Assembly (NCBI GenBank): GCA_964397315.1
Contig: CAYNHV010000001.1
Coordinates: forward strand, 12,367 to 76,366
Reading direction: 5' to 3'
Length of the DNA: 64,000 bases
Source of the DNA: an uncultured Methanosarcinales archaeon
GTDB lineage: Archaea; Nanobdellota; Nanobdellia; Woesearchaeales; UBA12501
Shown: piece by piece, positions 19,854 through 28,954 of the stretch
Position numbering within the stretch: position 1 is the first letter of the stretch
Layout: each line of letters starts with the position of its first letter
The notes under the pieces: model-generated
Databases searched by the model: none
What the model was told of the DNA's origin: nothing
The model's input: the letters and a program-made list of their open reading frames with translations, nothing else
Position numbers and translations under genes: made by a program

Positions 19854-20942
19854 TTATCCTCCTATTACCAGCTCGTTCTCTATGAACTCATCCTGCAGGC
19901 CGAGCTGTTTTCCTTTTATGAGCATCCTTATGTTCCTTGCCTCTATCTCCTTTGCAAACATGTATCCAAGGATTACGTCAACAGACAGGGGGTATGTATG
20001 GAGGAGCAGTATCACATCATCAAGAAGCTGCTTGCTTAGCTTCAGCTCAACAGGGGCTATGTCCTTTTTTGACCTGTCATAGGCTGCTGTTATTTTAGCA
20101 TAACCCATCTTTTCCAGCATGCCCATCAGAGAGTCTGTGTCCTCAGCTCCTGCAAGCTTTCTTAAGTCTGCAACGCTAAGGTCTGCTCCTGACGGGATGA
20201 GGAACCTCTCTGCCTCTTCCCTTTCAATGCCCGCTTTCTTCATCCTCAGCAGAATCTTGATGTTGAGCGTGTCAATCTCATTCTCTATGAATTTCCTGAA
20301 CACATGCCCCTGCCTGGGCATTTTTCTGGAGAACTCTATTGCTCCCTCATAGTATGCCCTGTCCAGCAGGTTCTCCAGCGCAAAAAGGCTGTTCTTCTCT
20401 CTGAATAATTCAATGGCTTGATTCACGAGCTCCTGATCAGGAAGGTCAATGGCCTTGATTATGTCCTCTATTGACTCCTTTTTCAAAAGGTCAAGGAGAA
20501 AGCTCTCGCTTAGCTCCCCCACAGGAATTAGAAGGTCCTTTATCCTCTCCTCACTCTGGCCTGTGAACCTTCCCCTGATTATTGTCTTGAGATTCCATAT
20601 GTCATTCCTTTTCATGTATTCCTCCATGACTCTTCTCAGCCCGTCATACTCCGCTATTCTCTTGAGCTTGTTGAAAGTCTTGACTATGTTCTTGTTAAGT
20701 GCCAGCTCCACAAGCTCCACTCCTGAATAGCTCACTGCCATCTCGTCTATCTCTTTCTTGTATTCAGTCTCCTGCAGGAATCTTATGATGTCGTTCAGCT
20801 TCATCTTCAGAAGGCGGTAATAATCATCTTTTCTTATGAGCTTGCTCCTCATCACAGCAACACGGGCATAGGTGTACGGAGCCTCGCCTAGCCTTATCTT
20901 TCCCTCCTTCCTTTTATTTTCTGTCACAAGCTCCTGCATCAT
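19854..20942 (-). CDS. atpC: A-type ATP synthase subunit C
   Basis: 362 aa; 'YTYARVAVMRSKLI' N-terminal signature; correct operon position. Confidence 0.75.
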   Translation of the reverse strand: MMQELVTENKRKEGKIRLGEAPYTYARVAVMRSKLIRKDDYYRLLKMKLNDIIRFLQETEYKKEIDEMAVSYSGVELVELALNKNIVKTFNKLKRIAEYDGLRRVMEEYMKRNDIWNLKTIIRGRFTGQSEERIKDLLIPVGELSESFLLDLLKKESIEDIIKAIDLPDQELVNQAIELFREKNSLFALENLLDRAYYEGAIEFSRKMPRQGHVFRKFIENEIDTLNIKILLRMKKAGIEREEAERFLIPSGADLSVADLRKLAGAEDTDSLMGMLEKMGYAKITAAYDRSKKDIAPVELKLSKQLLDDVILLLHTYPLSVDVILGYMFAKEIEARNIRMLIKGKQLGLQDEFIENELVIGG

Positions 20943-20981
20943 CTTCTTGCTCTCCCTATTGCGCTGCTTCCATCATCTGAG

Positions 20982-21542
20982 CTATGTGCTGGTGAAAAGG
21001 CTTGATGCTATCCTCTGGAGGCTGTCCTTTTGTATGCTGTCAAGCATCTCCTCATAGCTGTAGTCAACCCTTATGCTAGAGTCCTCATTCTCCGCTATTA
21101 TGCCTCCTGTCATGTCCGCTTCAATGAACTTAACCCCTTTCGCGCTGCTTACCGCCTTTTTGTCCCTGCTGCTGCCGTAGACAAGCGCAACCTTTATCTC
21201 TTTTCCCGCTTTTGAGAGAAGCTTTTTCACGTGCTCATCCCTCTTATTCTGGGGAATCCCTGCAAGTTTTTGCTTGACTCCAGAGAATACCCGGTCAACC
21301 ATCTCCTTTTTCTTGTCAAGCTTCATCTTTTTGACATCAAACTCAGCGCCTGACCTCTCTTTCCTCTCCAGCGCCTCCAGGACCTTGCGGGTGTCCTCTT
21401 CTGATGACTCCCTGCACTTCTGTATCTGCTCCTCTGTATCTTTGGCTATCTTCTCAGCCTCTCTCCTGCTTTCAGCAGCTATGCTTTCAGCTTCCTTCTT
21501 TGCTTTGTCCAGTATTTCCTTTCTCACTTCTTCAAGTCCCAT
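20982..21542 (-). CDS. atpE: A-type ATP synthase subunit E
   Basis: 186 aa with a coiled-coil charged N-terminus 'EEVRKEILDKAKKEAESI'; correct operon position. Confidence 0.7.
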   Translation of the reverse strand: MGLEEVRKEILDKAKKEAESIAAESRREAEKIAKDTEEQIQKCRESSEEDTRKVLEALERKERSGAEFDVKKMKLDKKKEMVDRVFSGVKQKLAGIPQNKRDEHVKKLLSKAGKEIKVALVYGSSRDKKAVSSAKGVKFIEADMTGGIIAENEDSSIRVDYSYEEMLDSIQKDSLQRIASSLFTST

Positions 21543-21594
21543 TTTATACCTCTTGGAATAGGCGGGCCACTAAACACAAAAGCATTTAGTGGGC

Positions 21595-21819
21595 TCATGC
21601 CATTCCAATTATAAGGATAGCCACTACAAGTCCGAAGATGACAATGGTCTCTGGGATCACTGTAAGGATAAGCCCCTTACCAAATAATCCCTCTTTCTCT
21701 GCCATTGCACCTACTGCAGCAGATCCTATCTGCTTCTCTGCAATTGCTGTTGCTATTGCTGTCACGCTTATGGCTACTCCTGCGCTAAGCGCGATAAGTC
21801 CTGTTCCTAAATCCGCCAT
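21595..21819 (-). CDS. atpK: A-type ATP synthase proteolipid subunit K (c)
   Basis: Two TM helices 'GLIALSAGVAISVTAIATAIA...ILTVIPETIVIFGLVVAILIIG' with the conserved Glu in helix 2. Start set at internal 'MADLG'; the track ORF begins 24 codons upstream. Confidence 0.8.
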   Translation of the reverse strand: MADLGTGLIALSAGVAISVTAIATAIAEKQIGSAAVGAMAEKEGLFGKGLILTVIPETIVIFGLVVAILIIGMA

Positions 21820-21856
21820 TTTTTCTACCTCCTGTGTTTTGTTTATCCTGTTTTTC

Positions 21857-23734
21857 CTATTCAACTTTTGTTTCTGCCCCGAATGGAGCATATCTCATGC
21901 CTCCACCATGATAGAACTTGGTGAAGAACTCCACGTAATGGAGCCTTAATGAGTGAAGGAAAGGGCTTATCAGCCCAAGCCCTATGTTCAGGGTGTGGCC
22001 TGCTCCCAGGAGAAGGACAGCGCCTATTGCTCCTGCAATGCCTGCTGCAAAGAGCTTTCCTGAGAGGTCGTTGACCACTACTGCCAGTGTCACTGATGCA
22101 AGCCCTACTGCCATCAGCCTCGCATAGGAAAGCATGTGGCTGAATATCGCGGGTATCTCAACAAGGCCCTTGGCACCCTCTCCCTTGTATATCATAAAGA
22201 CAGCAAGCGCAGCCAGGAGCCCTCCTGCTGCTGGGTGCGGGGTGTATGGGATTATGCCTGTGAAGCTTAATGCGAGCAGGACAACTCCTGCCTCAAGCAC
22301 CAGCCAGCTCAGCTTCTCAAACACCGCGCTCTCCAGGCCGTGAGACCTTAGCTCGTTGTAGAATCCCACAAGCAGGCCTATGTTAACATGCGCTGCTCCT
22401 ATGGCTATTGCAGCAAGGAGAAGGCCATGGGTGTCATGAAGCCTGTTTATGAGGATTGGATGGTAGAGCTCAACCCCGAAGTATTCCGCAAAAAGCGCAC
22501 CGAATATTATTGTGGATATTGAGGCGAATATCATTGCATTGACAAGCCTTCCGAAATCCCCTTTTATCCTTGTCCTTAACACCAGGAACAGGATTAAGGT
22601 GACTGCCCCATACCCCACGTCTCCGAGCATGAAGCCGTAGAATATCGGGAAGGTAAGGAACATGAGGAAAGTGGGGTCAATCTCCTTGTACTTTGGCAGA
22701 GTGTAAAGGTCCATGAACCACTCGTAGAACCTCACTGGCTTTGGATTGTCAAGCTTTATTGGCACTTCATCCTCTTCTGATATCTCTTCAGAATACATAT
22801 ACACCTTTCCGTTTGATACGCTTTCTATCTCTTTCATTGCCTTGTTCAGCTTTTTGGATGGAACAAAGCCTTTTATCACAAATGCCTCCTCTGTAGCTCC
22901 GAAGCGGAGGGGGGCTTCTGCTTTCTCTGCCTCTTTTGAAAGCATGCTTTCTGTCCTGAGGAGATAGCCTGACCATTCTCTTTTTGTGTCTTCCAGCTCT
23001 TTTTTGAGGCTGAGCTTTTTTCTTTCCAGCTCTTTTATTCTTGAATCCAGTTTCTTGAGCTCTTCTGAAGCCCTGCCCCTGAGGCCCTCATCCCTTATGA
23101 AGGATGTGTCAATCTCTGTGAAACCTCTTTTTGAGAGCTTTTCTGATATTTCCTGCCTTAGGCTTTTGTCAAAGAAAAAAAGAGCTATGTTCTTTCCGCC
23201 CTCATGGGCTGTCAGGGTCCTGCACCTTCCTTTGGCGCTCTTTAGCTCTTCTGAAAGCCCTTTCACATCCTCAATGTATCCTAGGAGGTGGTCTATTGAC
23301 TCATAGTCATGGAACGCGTCAAGGCTGATCTTGAGCAGGCTTATCTTGTCTGTTATGTCCCTTCTCTCCCTGAGGGTGTTTATGCTCTCTTCTGTCTCTT
23401 TTATTCTTGATGAGTCCAGGGATATCCTGTCATTCAGCCCCTCCATCTTCTTCTTTACTGAAGCCAGGCCGGGCTTTTCTTCCTGTGATAGGTTTTGTGA
23501 GACGTTTTTATGCTGTATGCCGAGGAATGAAATGAGGGATCTAAGGGTCACGAGAAGCTCTGATATCTCTTCAGAATCCCCCATTGGAGAGCCTATGTCA
23601 AGGTCCTCTGTCCTGGCATGGTCCATTAGGTGGTATATCCTCATGCTGTGGAGCCTGTCAACTATATTATAGGACAGGCTCTTGGGCCCTATGATTGTGA
23701 GCTTTGACATCTGTTCGGGCTTTAGCATTTTCAA
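21857..23734 (-). CDS. atpI: A-type ATP synthase subunit I (a)
   Basis: 625 aa. Hydrophilic coiled-coil N-terminal half and a polytopic C-terminal half containing the conserved Arg region 'LRLHYVEFF'. Confidence 0.85.
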   Translation of the reverse strand: MKMLKPEQMSKLTIIGPKSLSYNIVDRLHSMRIYHLMDHARTEDLDIGSPMGDSEEISELLVTLRSLISFLGIQHKNVSQNLSQEEKPGLASVKKKMEGLNDRISLDSSRIKETEESINTLRERRDITDKISLLKISLDAFHDYESIDHLLGYIEDVKGLSEELKSAKGRCRTLTAHEGGKNIALFFFDKSLRQEISEKLSKRGFTEIDTSFIRDEGLRGRASEELKKLDSRIKELERKKLSLKKELEDTKREWSGYLLRTESMLSKEAEKAEAPLRFGATEEAFVIKGFVPSKKLNKAMKEIESVSNGKVYMYSEEISEEDEVPIKLDNPKPVRFYEWFMDLYTLPKYKEIDPTFLMFLTFPIFYGFMLGDVGYGAVTLILFLVLRTRIKGDFGRLVNAMIFASISTIIFGALFAEYFGVELYHPILINRLHDTHGLLLAAIAIGAAHVNIGLLVGFYNELRSHGLESAVFEKLSWLVLEAGVVLLALSFTGIIPYTPHPAAGGLLAALAVFMIYKGEGAKGLVEIPAIFSHMLSYARLMAVGLASVTLAVVVNDLSGKLFAAGIAGAIGAVLLLGAGHTLNIGLGLISPFLHSLRLHYVEFFTKFYHGGGMRYAPFGAETKVE

Positions 23735-23736
23735 TT

Positions 23737-24057
23737 TCAGCTTCTTATTCTTTCCTCCAGTTCTTTCATCACAAGCTCTTCTGTCTTGCTGAGGTTTTTC
23801 TTTGCTGTCTCCTCTATCTTTTCTGCCTCTTTCCTGCCTTTTTCAAGTATCTTCTCTTTCTCCTTCTCTGCATCTGAAGCCTTCTTCTTTATCCTCTCAT
23901 CCATCTCTTTGTCAATCTTCTGCTGCTCCTGGCTGAGCTTTTTCATTGCCTCTTGTCTTGCCCTGCTTATGGCATCCTCCTTCTTCTTTTCAGCATCCTC
24001 TTTCATCTTTTTTGCCTTTTTCTCGGCTTCGCGTATGTCCTTTAATGCCTTGTCCAT
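23737..24057 (-). CDS. atpH: A-type ATP synthase subunit H
   Basis: 106-aa K/E-rich coiled-coil protein, first gene of the operon. Confidence 0.55.
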   Translation of the reverse strand: MDKALKDIREAEKKAKKMKEDAEKKKEDAISRARQEAMKKLSQEQQKIDKEMDERIKKKASDAEKEKEKILEKGRKEAEKIEETAKKNLSKTEELVMKELEERIRS

Positions 24058-24085
24058 TTTAACACCTTTTCTGCTTTGTTTTCCC

Positions 24086-24106
24086 TTGTTTTATATTTAT
24101 ATACCA
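24086..24106 (-). promoter_or_regulatory. putative TATA/BRE promoter of the atp operon
   Basis: Minus-strand 'GGTATATAAATATAAAA' lies ~35-45 bp upstream of the atpH ATG. Confidence 0.3.
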
Positions 24107-24134
24107 AATAGACTATTTACTGTATTTGGCTGTA

Positions 24135-25022
24135 TTATTCCGCTTGGTTTGTCACTGCCCAGTCTATGAACACCTCAGATATGTTGATGAGGTAATGCCT
24201 TATCCTAACCTTGTGGTAGGATTCTATTCCCTTTATCTTGTCCTCGCTGAGGCTGAGGGAGGTTTTTGAAAATTTTATTGCAGACTTGTAGTCAAGCTCC
24301 TTCTTGGGGTCTGTAGCCAGCTCTACTACCTCCTTCAGGGACCTCACGACCTCCAGCACCTTCTCAAGGAACTTCTTGTCATTGTGGTCAAGAAGGATTA
24401 TGTGGTCTGCCAGCCTCTCAAGGTCTTTTGATATCAGAGCTGTATAGAAGAGGTCAACTGTCTTCATCTTTGACTCGCTCTTGTATGTCATTGAGCTTAT
24501 CACTGACTTGTCAACCATTATCCTGTTGCGGTCTATCTCCTCCTCATACTTCTGGACCAGGTCCTTGTTCGGATTCTGGGTCATCACAACAAGCATGTTC
24601 TTTATCTTGTTGACCATTGTCCTGAGAAGCATGTTCGGCTCTCCTGCAGCCACTGAGGACTCGCAGGTTATTGTCCTGCCCTTGTTCTCAACCTCTATAA
24701 GCTCAACATTGACCAGCCTTTTCTGGTCAAGAAGCTCCCTGTAGTTAAGGGGCTTCTCCAGGTGTATCTTGAAAGAGTCCGCGGGGTTTATGTAGCAGGC
24801 CATCACCACCTTGTTGACAATGTCAACATTATCCCCTTTTATGTTTATGTCAACGTGCTTGGGGCTCTTCTTGAGCAGCCTTGGAGTCACAATAAGGCTG
24901 CCTCCGCCCCCTCTCGTAAGGCTGACTGTAGCGCCTGATGTTATGCTGTATTCCTTGCACCATGATGTGGGAAGGTACAGGTAATTCATGTCTCCTGTCT
25001 TCTGCACTTTCCTTATATCCAT
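24135..25022 (-). CDS. putative regulator: N-terminal SpoVT/AbrB-like domain plus PhoU-like helical domain
   Basis: N-terminal 'KVQKTGDMNYLYLPTSWCKEYSI...TVSLT' is a swapped-hairpin-like segment. The C-terminal ~200 aa are helical with a repeated E/D-rich pattern as in PhoU homologs. Confidence 0.4.
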   Translation of the reverse strand: MDIRKVQKTGDMNYLYLPTSWCKEYSITSGATVSLTRGGGGSLIVTPRLLKKSPKHVDINIKGDNVDIVNKVVMACYINPADSFKIHLEKPLNYRELLDQKRLVNVELIEVENKGRTITCESSVAAGEPNMLLRTMVNKIKNMLVVMTQNPNKDLVQKYEEEIDRNRIMVDKSVISSMTYKSESKMKTVDLFYTALISKDLERLADHIILLDHNDKKFLEKVLEVVRSLKEVVELATDPKKELDYKSAIKFSKTSLSLSEDKIKGIESYHKVRIRHYLINISEVFIDWAVTNQAE

Positions 25023-25159
25023 ACTAAGTAGGAGGTAAATAGAACCTATTTATAAAATCTTTGGTTTTTTAGGGATATTTTATTTTCATATACAGCTGTA
25101 ATATGAAAAATATTTGTAAATAGCTTCTGTAAATCATTTGGATATGGCTTATAAAGGGG

Positions 25160-25408
25160 GTGGCGGGCCGGTATGGCATGGACAATTACACCATGTTTTT
25201 CGGATTCTGCATGTTTGTTATAGGCATGATTGTGGGCAGGATAACCATGGCAATACAATATGAGGTGATGAAGCCCATTGCTGGGTCCAGGAAAAAAAGA
25301 AAGAAAAAGCCCAGGGGGCAGGAAAAGAAAAGGATTGAGCAGCCTCCTGCTGATGAGAAAGAAGCAAGAAGGGAATTCTATGATTATATGAGGAACAGAA
25401 GGCCATAG
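25160..25408 (+). CDS. small membrane protein with Lys/Arg-rich C-terminus (hypothetical)
   Basis: One TM segment 'TMFFGFCMFVIGMIVGRI' followed by 'SRKKRKKKPRGQEKKR'. 82 aa. Confidence 0.3.
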   Translation: MAGRYGMDNYTMFFGFCMFVIGMIVGRITMAIQYEVMKPIAGSRKKRKKKPRGQEKKRIEQPPADEKEARREFYDYMRNRRP

Positions 25409-25446
25409 GCATAAAATATTTATATCAAGACACGCTTTGGCTGGTT

Positions 25447-25953
25447 ATGAGAAGCCTCAGCAGGAAGTCCCAGATTCCGTCAACAGTGTTTATCTATGCT
25501 CTTGCAGCAATAATCATAGCCCTCATCCTCATATTTGGTTACATGGCAATAGGAAAGCTCATGACCACCTCCTGCGAGACAGAGAAGGCAAAGTTCAAGT
25601 CAGACCTTAAGTCAGTCATAGAAGAGGACGCGACATACGGAAAGAACACAGTGATTGAGCTTTCTGCTCCATGCAATTATGAGGAACTGTGCTTTGTTGC
25701 GAAAAGTGAGGAAGGAGCGCTTTCTGAGGACATAAAAGGAAGGTATCCTCTTGCTGCAGATGTTGCAGAATCCTCTGACAATGTTTTTCTTGCAGACATT
25801 GACGGAAACATAGAGCCGTTTGAGGTTGGAAGATTCAAGATACATGGAGATGCAGCCTACTCACCAGACCTTTGCGTGGAAGAGGACATGGGAGAGTTCA
25901 GGTTCAGGATAAAAGGAGAGGGAGACTTTGCCCTTATAGTGCCTATAAGCTGA
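25447..25953 (+). CDS. membrane-anchored/secreted Cys-containing hypothetical protein
   Basis: N-terminal TM/signal anchor 'VFIYALAAIIIALILIFGYMAIG' and four Cys in the soluble part. 168 aa. Confidence 0.35.
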   Translation: MRSLSRKSQIPSTVFIYALAAIIIALILIFGYMAIGKLMTTSCETEKAKFKSDLKSVIEEDATYGKNTVIELSAPCNYEELCFVAKSEEGALSEDIKGRYPLAADVAESSDNVFLADIDGNIEPFEVGRFKIHGDAAYSPDLCVEEDMGEFRFRIKGEGDFALIVPIS

Positions 25954-26032
25954 AGAGCTGTTTTTGCTGATCTCTCATGGTATTACCCACCCTTATTCCA
26001 CAACCATCAGGCAGGTTTTCTCTTTCTGAAAC

Positions 26033-26133
26033 TGCACAACTTCCAGCTTCTGCATCCAATAAGCCCGCCCAGTAATATGCTTAAAGCGCGCTTAGGTGGA
26101 GTTGGTGCGCTAAGCATATTGAAGGGGGTGGGA
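26033..26133. repeat. conserved ~100-bp intergenic element, copy 1 (contains a 13-bp-stem hairpin)
   Basis: ~85% identical to 29946..30078. The core is 'CTTCTGCATCCAATAAGCCC...ATATGCTTAAAGCGC...TGGAGTTGGTGC...AGCATAT..AAGGGGG'. Lies upstream of a + strand gene. Confidence 0.5.
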
Positions 26134-26212
26134 GATTGCCAAACGAAGTTTGGCAAGTCTAATACTGCAAAACAAAGTTTTGCAGGCCTGAAAATACTTT
26201 GTATTTTCAGTA
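26134..26212. other. three tandem perfect hairpins (8-10 bp AU-rich stems) in a long non-coding leader
   Basis: TTGCCAAAC-GAAG-TTTGGCAA; CTGCAAAAC-AAAG-TTTTGCAG; CTGAAAATAC-TTT-GTATTTTCAG. Confidence 0.5.
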
Positions 26213-26468
26213 ATCCCAGACGCTTGACTAAGCGAAGCTTAGGCAAGTCTTATAATTTCGACTTCAGTCGGAATTATATTTAAGCTTGCGCGAGTCGGGA
26301 TTATTTTTAGGGGGACTTATCCAGATGTAAGTGCGACTGGGGCGGAGGTCAGGTCTGGATTAACCAGAACAATCAGAATATGCATAGGAGATTCTTAATC
26401 ATGATACCTCATATATCCCAACTTGAGCCTGCGCAATCTTTATAAAAAAAGGCCCAGAACAAACTTAT

Positions 26469-27428
26469 ATGGCAAAGTATCTTGTTACAGGAGGCGCGGG
26501 ATTCATAGGCAGCCATCTTGCTGAAACTCTTGCCAAACAGGGCCATAACGTCACTGTGGTGGACAACCTTTTTGACGGGAAGAGGGAGAACCTCAGCAGT
26601 GTCATGGACAGCATAGAGTTTATTGAGGGAGACATCCGCGACAAGCAGGTGATGGGCCGCGCCTGCAAAGGCGCTGATTTCATACTCCACCAGGCAGCGA
26701 GAAGGTCTGTTCCAGCCTCTCTAAAGGACCCTTTTGAGTATAATGACGTGAACATCAACGGCACTCTTAACATTCTTGAGGCAGCAAGAAGGAATGATGT
26801 CAGGAGGGTCTTGTTAGCTTCCTCCTCCTCTGTCTACGGTGATGTGAAGGAATTCCCTGAAAAGGAGTCTTTCAGGCCTGACCCAAGGTCTCCGTATGCC
26901 CTGACAAAGCTGGCAGGAGAGCATTACCTGAGCATATACTGGAAGCTCTACGGCCTTGAGACAGTCTCACTAAGGTACTTCAACGTGTTCGGCCCGCGCC
27001 AGGACCCTAACAGCCAGTACGCTGTTGTCATGCCTCTCTTCATAAAGGCAGTTTCAGAGGGAAATCAGCCGAAAATATTTGGGGATGGGGAGCAGAGCAG
27101 GGATTTCACTTACATAGCAAATGTTGTTGAAGGCAACCTGAAGGCCTGCGCTGCGCCAAAGGAGAAGGCTGCAGGAGAGGTCTTTAATATTGCTGACGGA
27201 AACTCCATAAGCGTCAATGAGATCGCGGGAAAGATAATCGAGATGTTAGGAAAAGAAATAAAGCCTGTGCACGCGGAAGAGAGACCCGGTGATGTGATGA
27301 AAACGCAGGCTGACAACACAAAGGCAAAAAAGCTGCTTGGCTACAAGGGGGATGTCAGCTTTGATGATGGATTGAGGAGAACTGTTGAATGGTTCAGCAA
27401 AGAATTCAGCAGAAATAAACAGCCTTAA
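26469..27428 (+). CDS. NAD-dependent epimerase/dehydratase (UDP-sugar 4-epimerase, WbpP/UDP-glucuronate epimerase-like)
   Basis: 'LVTGGAGFIGSHL', a YxxxK region and C-terminal 'DGEQSRDFTYI'. 319 aa. Confidence 0.85.
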   Translation: MAKYLVTGGAGFIGSHLAETLAKQGHNVTVVDNLFDGKRENLSSVMDSIEFIEGDIRDKQVMGRACKGADFILHQAARRSVPASLKDPFEYNDVNINGTLNILEAARRNDVRRVLLASSSSVYGDVKEFPEKESFRPDPRSPYALTKLAGEHYLSIYWKLYGLETVSLRYFNVFGPRQDPNSQYAVVMPLFIKAVSEGNQPKIFGDGEQSRDFTYIANVVEGNLKACAAPKEKAAGEVFNIADGNSISVNEIAGKIIEMLGKEIKPVHAEERPGDVMKTQADNTKAKKLLGYKGDVSFDDGLRRTVEWFSKEFSRNKQP

Positions 27429-28015
27429 ACGCCCAGATATTCTATTATGGCGCTTGCGCAGGCCTCAATATCCTGGCTCCCTGAATCAACAGTTATCTCA
27501 GGACCTTCAGGATCCTCATAAGGGGCGGAAACTCCTGTGAAGTCATCTATCTCCCCCTGCCTTGCCTTCCTGTAAAGGCCCTTGGGATCGCGCTTCTCGC
27601 ACTCCTCAACAGGGCACCTTACATAAACCTCAACAAAATCATCCCCTATCAGCTTTCTGGCAAAATCCCTCTCCTTCCTGTACGGGCTTATGAAGCAGAC
27701 AATAGTGTAAAGTCCCGAGTCATAGAACAGCCTTGCGACCTCAGCTATCCTTCTTATGTTCTCCCTCCTGTCCTCCTCTGAGAAGCCCAGGTCGCTGTTA
27801 AGGCCGTGCCTTACGTTATCACCGTCAAGAACATAGGATACAACACCCTTCTCAAAGAGCTTTTTCTCAACCTCCCTGGCTATTGATGACTTGCCTGAGC
27901 TTGGCAGGCCTGTGAACCACAGCACCCTGTTATTAAACCCGAGAAGCTTTGACCTGCTGTCTTTTGATACATGGCCGTCATGCCACACCACATTTGATGA
28001 TTTTCCTGATCCCAT
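27425..28015 (-). CDS. cysC: adenylylsulfate (APS) kinase
   Basis: P-loop 'GLPSSGKSS' and the canonical 'LDGDNVRHGLNSDLGFSEEDRRENIRR'. 196 aa. Confidence 0.85.
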   Translation of the reverse strand: MGSGKSSNVVWHDGHVSKDSRSKLLGFNNRVLWFTGLPSSGKSSIAREVEKKLFEKGVVSYVLDGDNVRHGLNSDLGFSEEDRRENIRRIAEVARLFYDSGLYTIVCFISPYRKERDFARKLIGDDFVEVYVRCPVEECEKRDPKGLYRKARQGEIDDFTGVSAPYEDPEGPEITVDSGSQDIEACASAIIEYLGV

Positions 28016-28039
28016 TTTGGAAGCTAATCTGGAAGCTGC

Positions 28040-28954
28040 TTAAAGCATTGCCTCAAGGAATTTCACAAGCTCCTCAGCGCAGTCCTCCATTGACTTTTTC
28101 TCTGTGTCAAGCACTATATCAGGATTCTCCGGCTCCTCATAATCCTGGGAAACGCCTGTAAAGTCCTTTATCTCCCCCTTCTCAGCTTTCCTGTAAAGTC
28201 CTTCCTCATCCCTCTTCTTGGATGTCTCAACAGATGATTTCACGTACACCTCAACATAATGGCCGTGCTTCTCAAGCTCTTTTCTTATCCTCTTTCTCTG
28301 CGACTCGTAAGGGGTTATGAACGAGCAAAGGACTATGGCCCTGTTCCGTGAGAGCATCTCAGCAATGTGCATGGCCCTCTCAAGGTTGGTGTCCCTGTCC
28401 TTCTTGGAGAAACCGAGGTCTTTTGATATTGTCTTACGGAGTATTGAGCCGTCAAGCCTCTCAGCCTGGATGCCTCTCTGCTCCAGCTTGTAGGCTGTAA
28501 GCTCTGCTATCTCTGACTTGCCTGACTTGGGCAGGCCTGTGAGCCACACAACAACGCCCTTTCCAGTGAGATAATCCTCAAGAATCTTGTCAGCTCCCTC
28601 TGGTATGAACTCCTTCCACGAGAAGTCATTCTTCTCAATCCTGTCCCTTATCTCTGTCGCGGATATCTGCTTTATGTTGTCAGGCACCTCTATCTCATTG
28701 ACCTCATACCCGACTCCCCTGCCGTAGTTTATGCTTTCAATGTCATCTATTATCATGACCTTTGCATCCACCTTCAGCTTTGACATCGCCGCCTCTATCA
28801 TCCTCTTTCTCATCAGGGGAGGGTAGATGTCATAAGGCGTGTCCCTCACTAGTATCAGGAGGGGCTTTCCCTCATCAATCTTCTTCTGCATTATTGCAAG
28901 GTGGCCCTTGTGGAATGGAGTCCATCTTCCAATAAAAACAGCTCTCTTAGTCAT
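28040..28954 (-). CDS. two-domain protein: HxGH (NMNAT/cytidylyltransferase-like) nucleotidyltransferase domain fused to an APS-kinase-like domain
   Basis: N-terminal 'AVFIGRWTPFHKGHLAIM' is an HxGH motif. The C-terminal P-loop is 'GLPKSGKSE', and 'LDGSILRKTISKDLGFSKKDRDTNLER' is degenerate relative to canonical DGDN(V/I)RHGL. 304 aa. Confidence 0.7.
   Translation of the reverse strand: MTKRAVFIGRWTPFHKGHLAIMQKKIDEGKPLLILVRDTPYDIYPPLMRKRMIEAAMSKLKVDAKVMIIDDIESINYGRGVGYEVNEIEVPDNIKQISATEIRDRIEKNDFSWKEFIPEGADKILEDYLTGKGVVVWLTGLPKSGKSEIAELTAYKLEQRGIQAERLDGSILRKTISKDLGFSKKDRDTNLERAMHIAEMLSRNRAIVLCSFITPYESQRKRIRKELEKHGHYVEVYVKSSVETSKKRDEEGLYRKAEKGEIKDFTGVSQDYEEPENPDIVLDTEKKSMEDCAEELVKFLEAML

Noticed and set aside
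26007-26246. Minus-strand ORFs 26007..26246 and 29867..30223 with similar peptides (FNML.APTP...LGGLI)
   Set aside because: The similarity is explained by the conserved ~100-bp DNA element with hairpin structure. The ORFs have unrelated N-termini and lie antisense to the leaders of + strand genes. They are treated as non-coding. A 3-nt indel between copies keeps the frame, so a tiny conserved peptide cannot be fully excluded.
28040-28450. Calling the N-terminal domain of 28040..28954 a canonical ATP sulfurylase (Sat)
   Set aside because: At ~135 aa it is far smaller than Sat catalytic domains and lacks the QTRN/PUA context. It is reported only as a hypothesis, not as an annotation.
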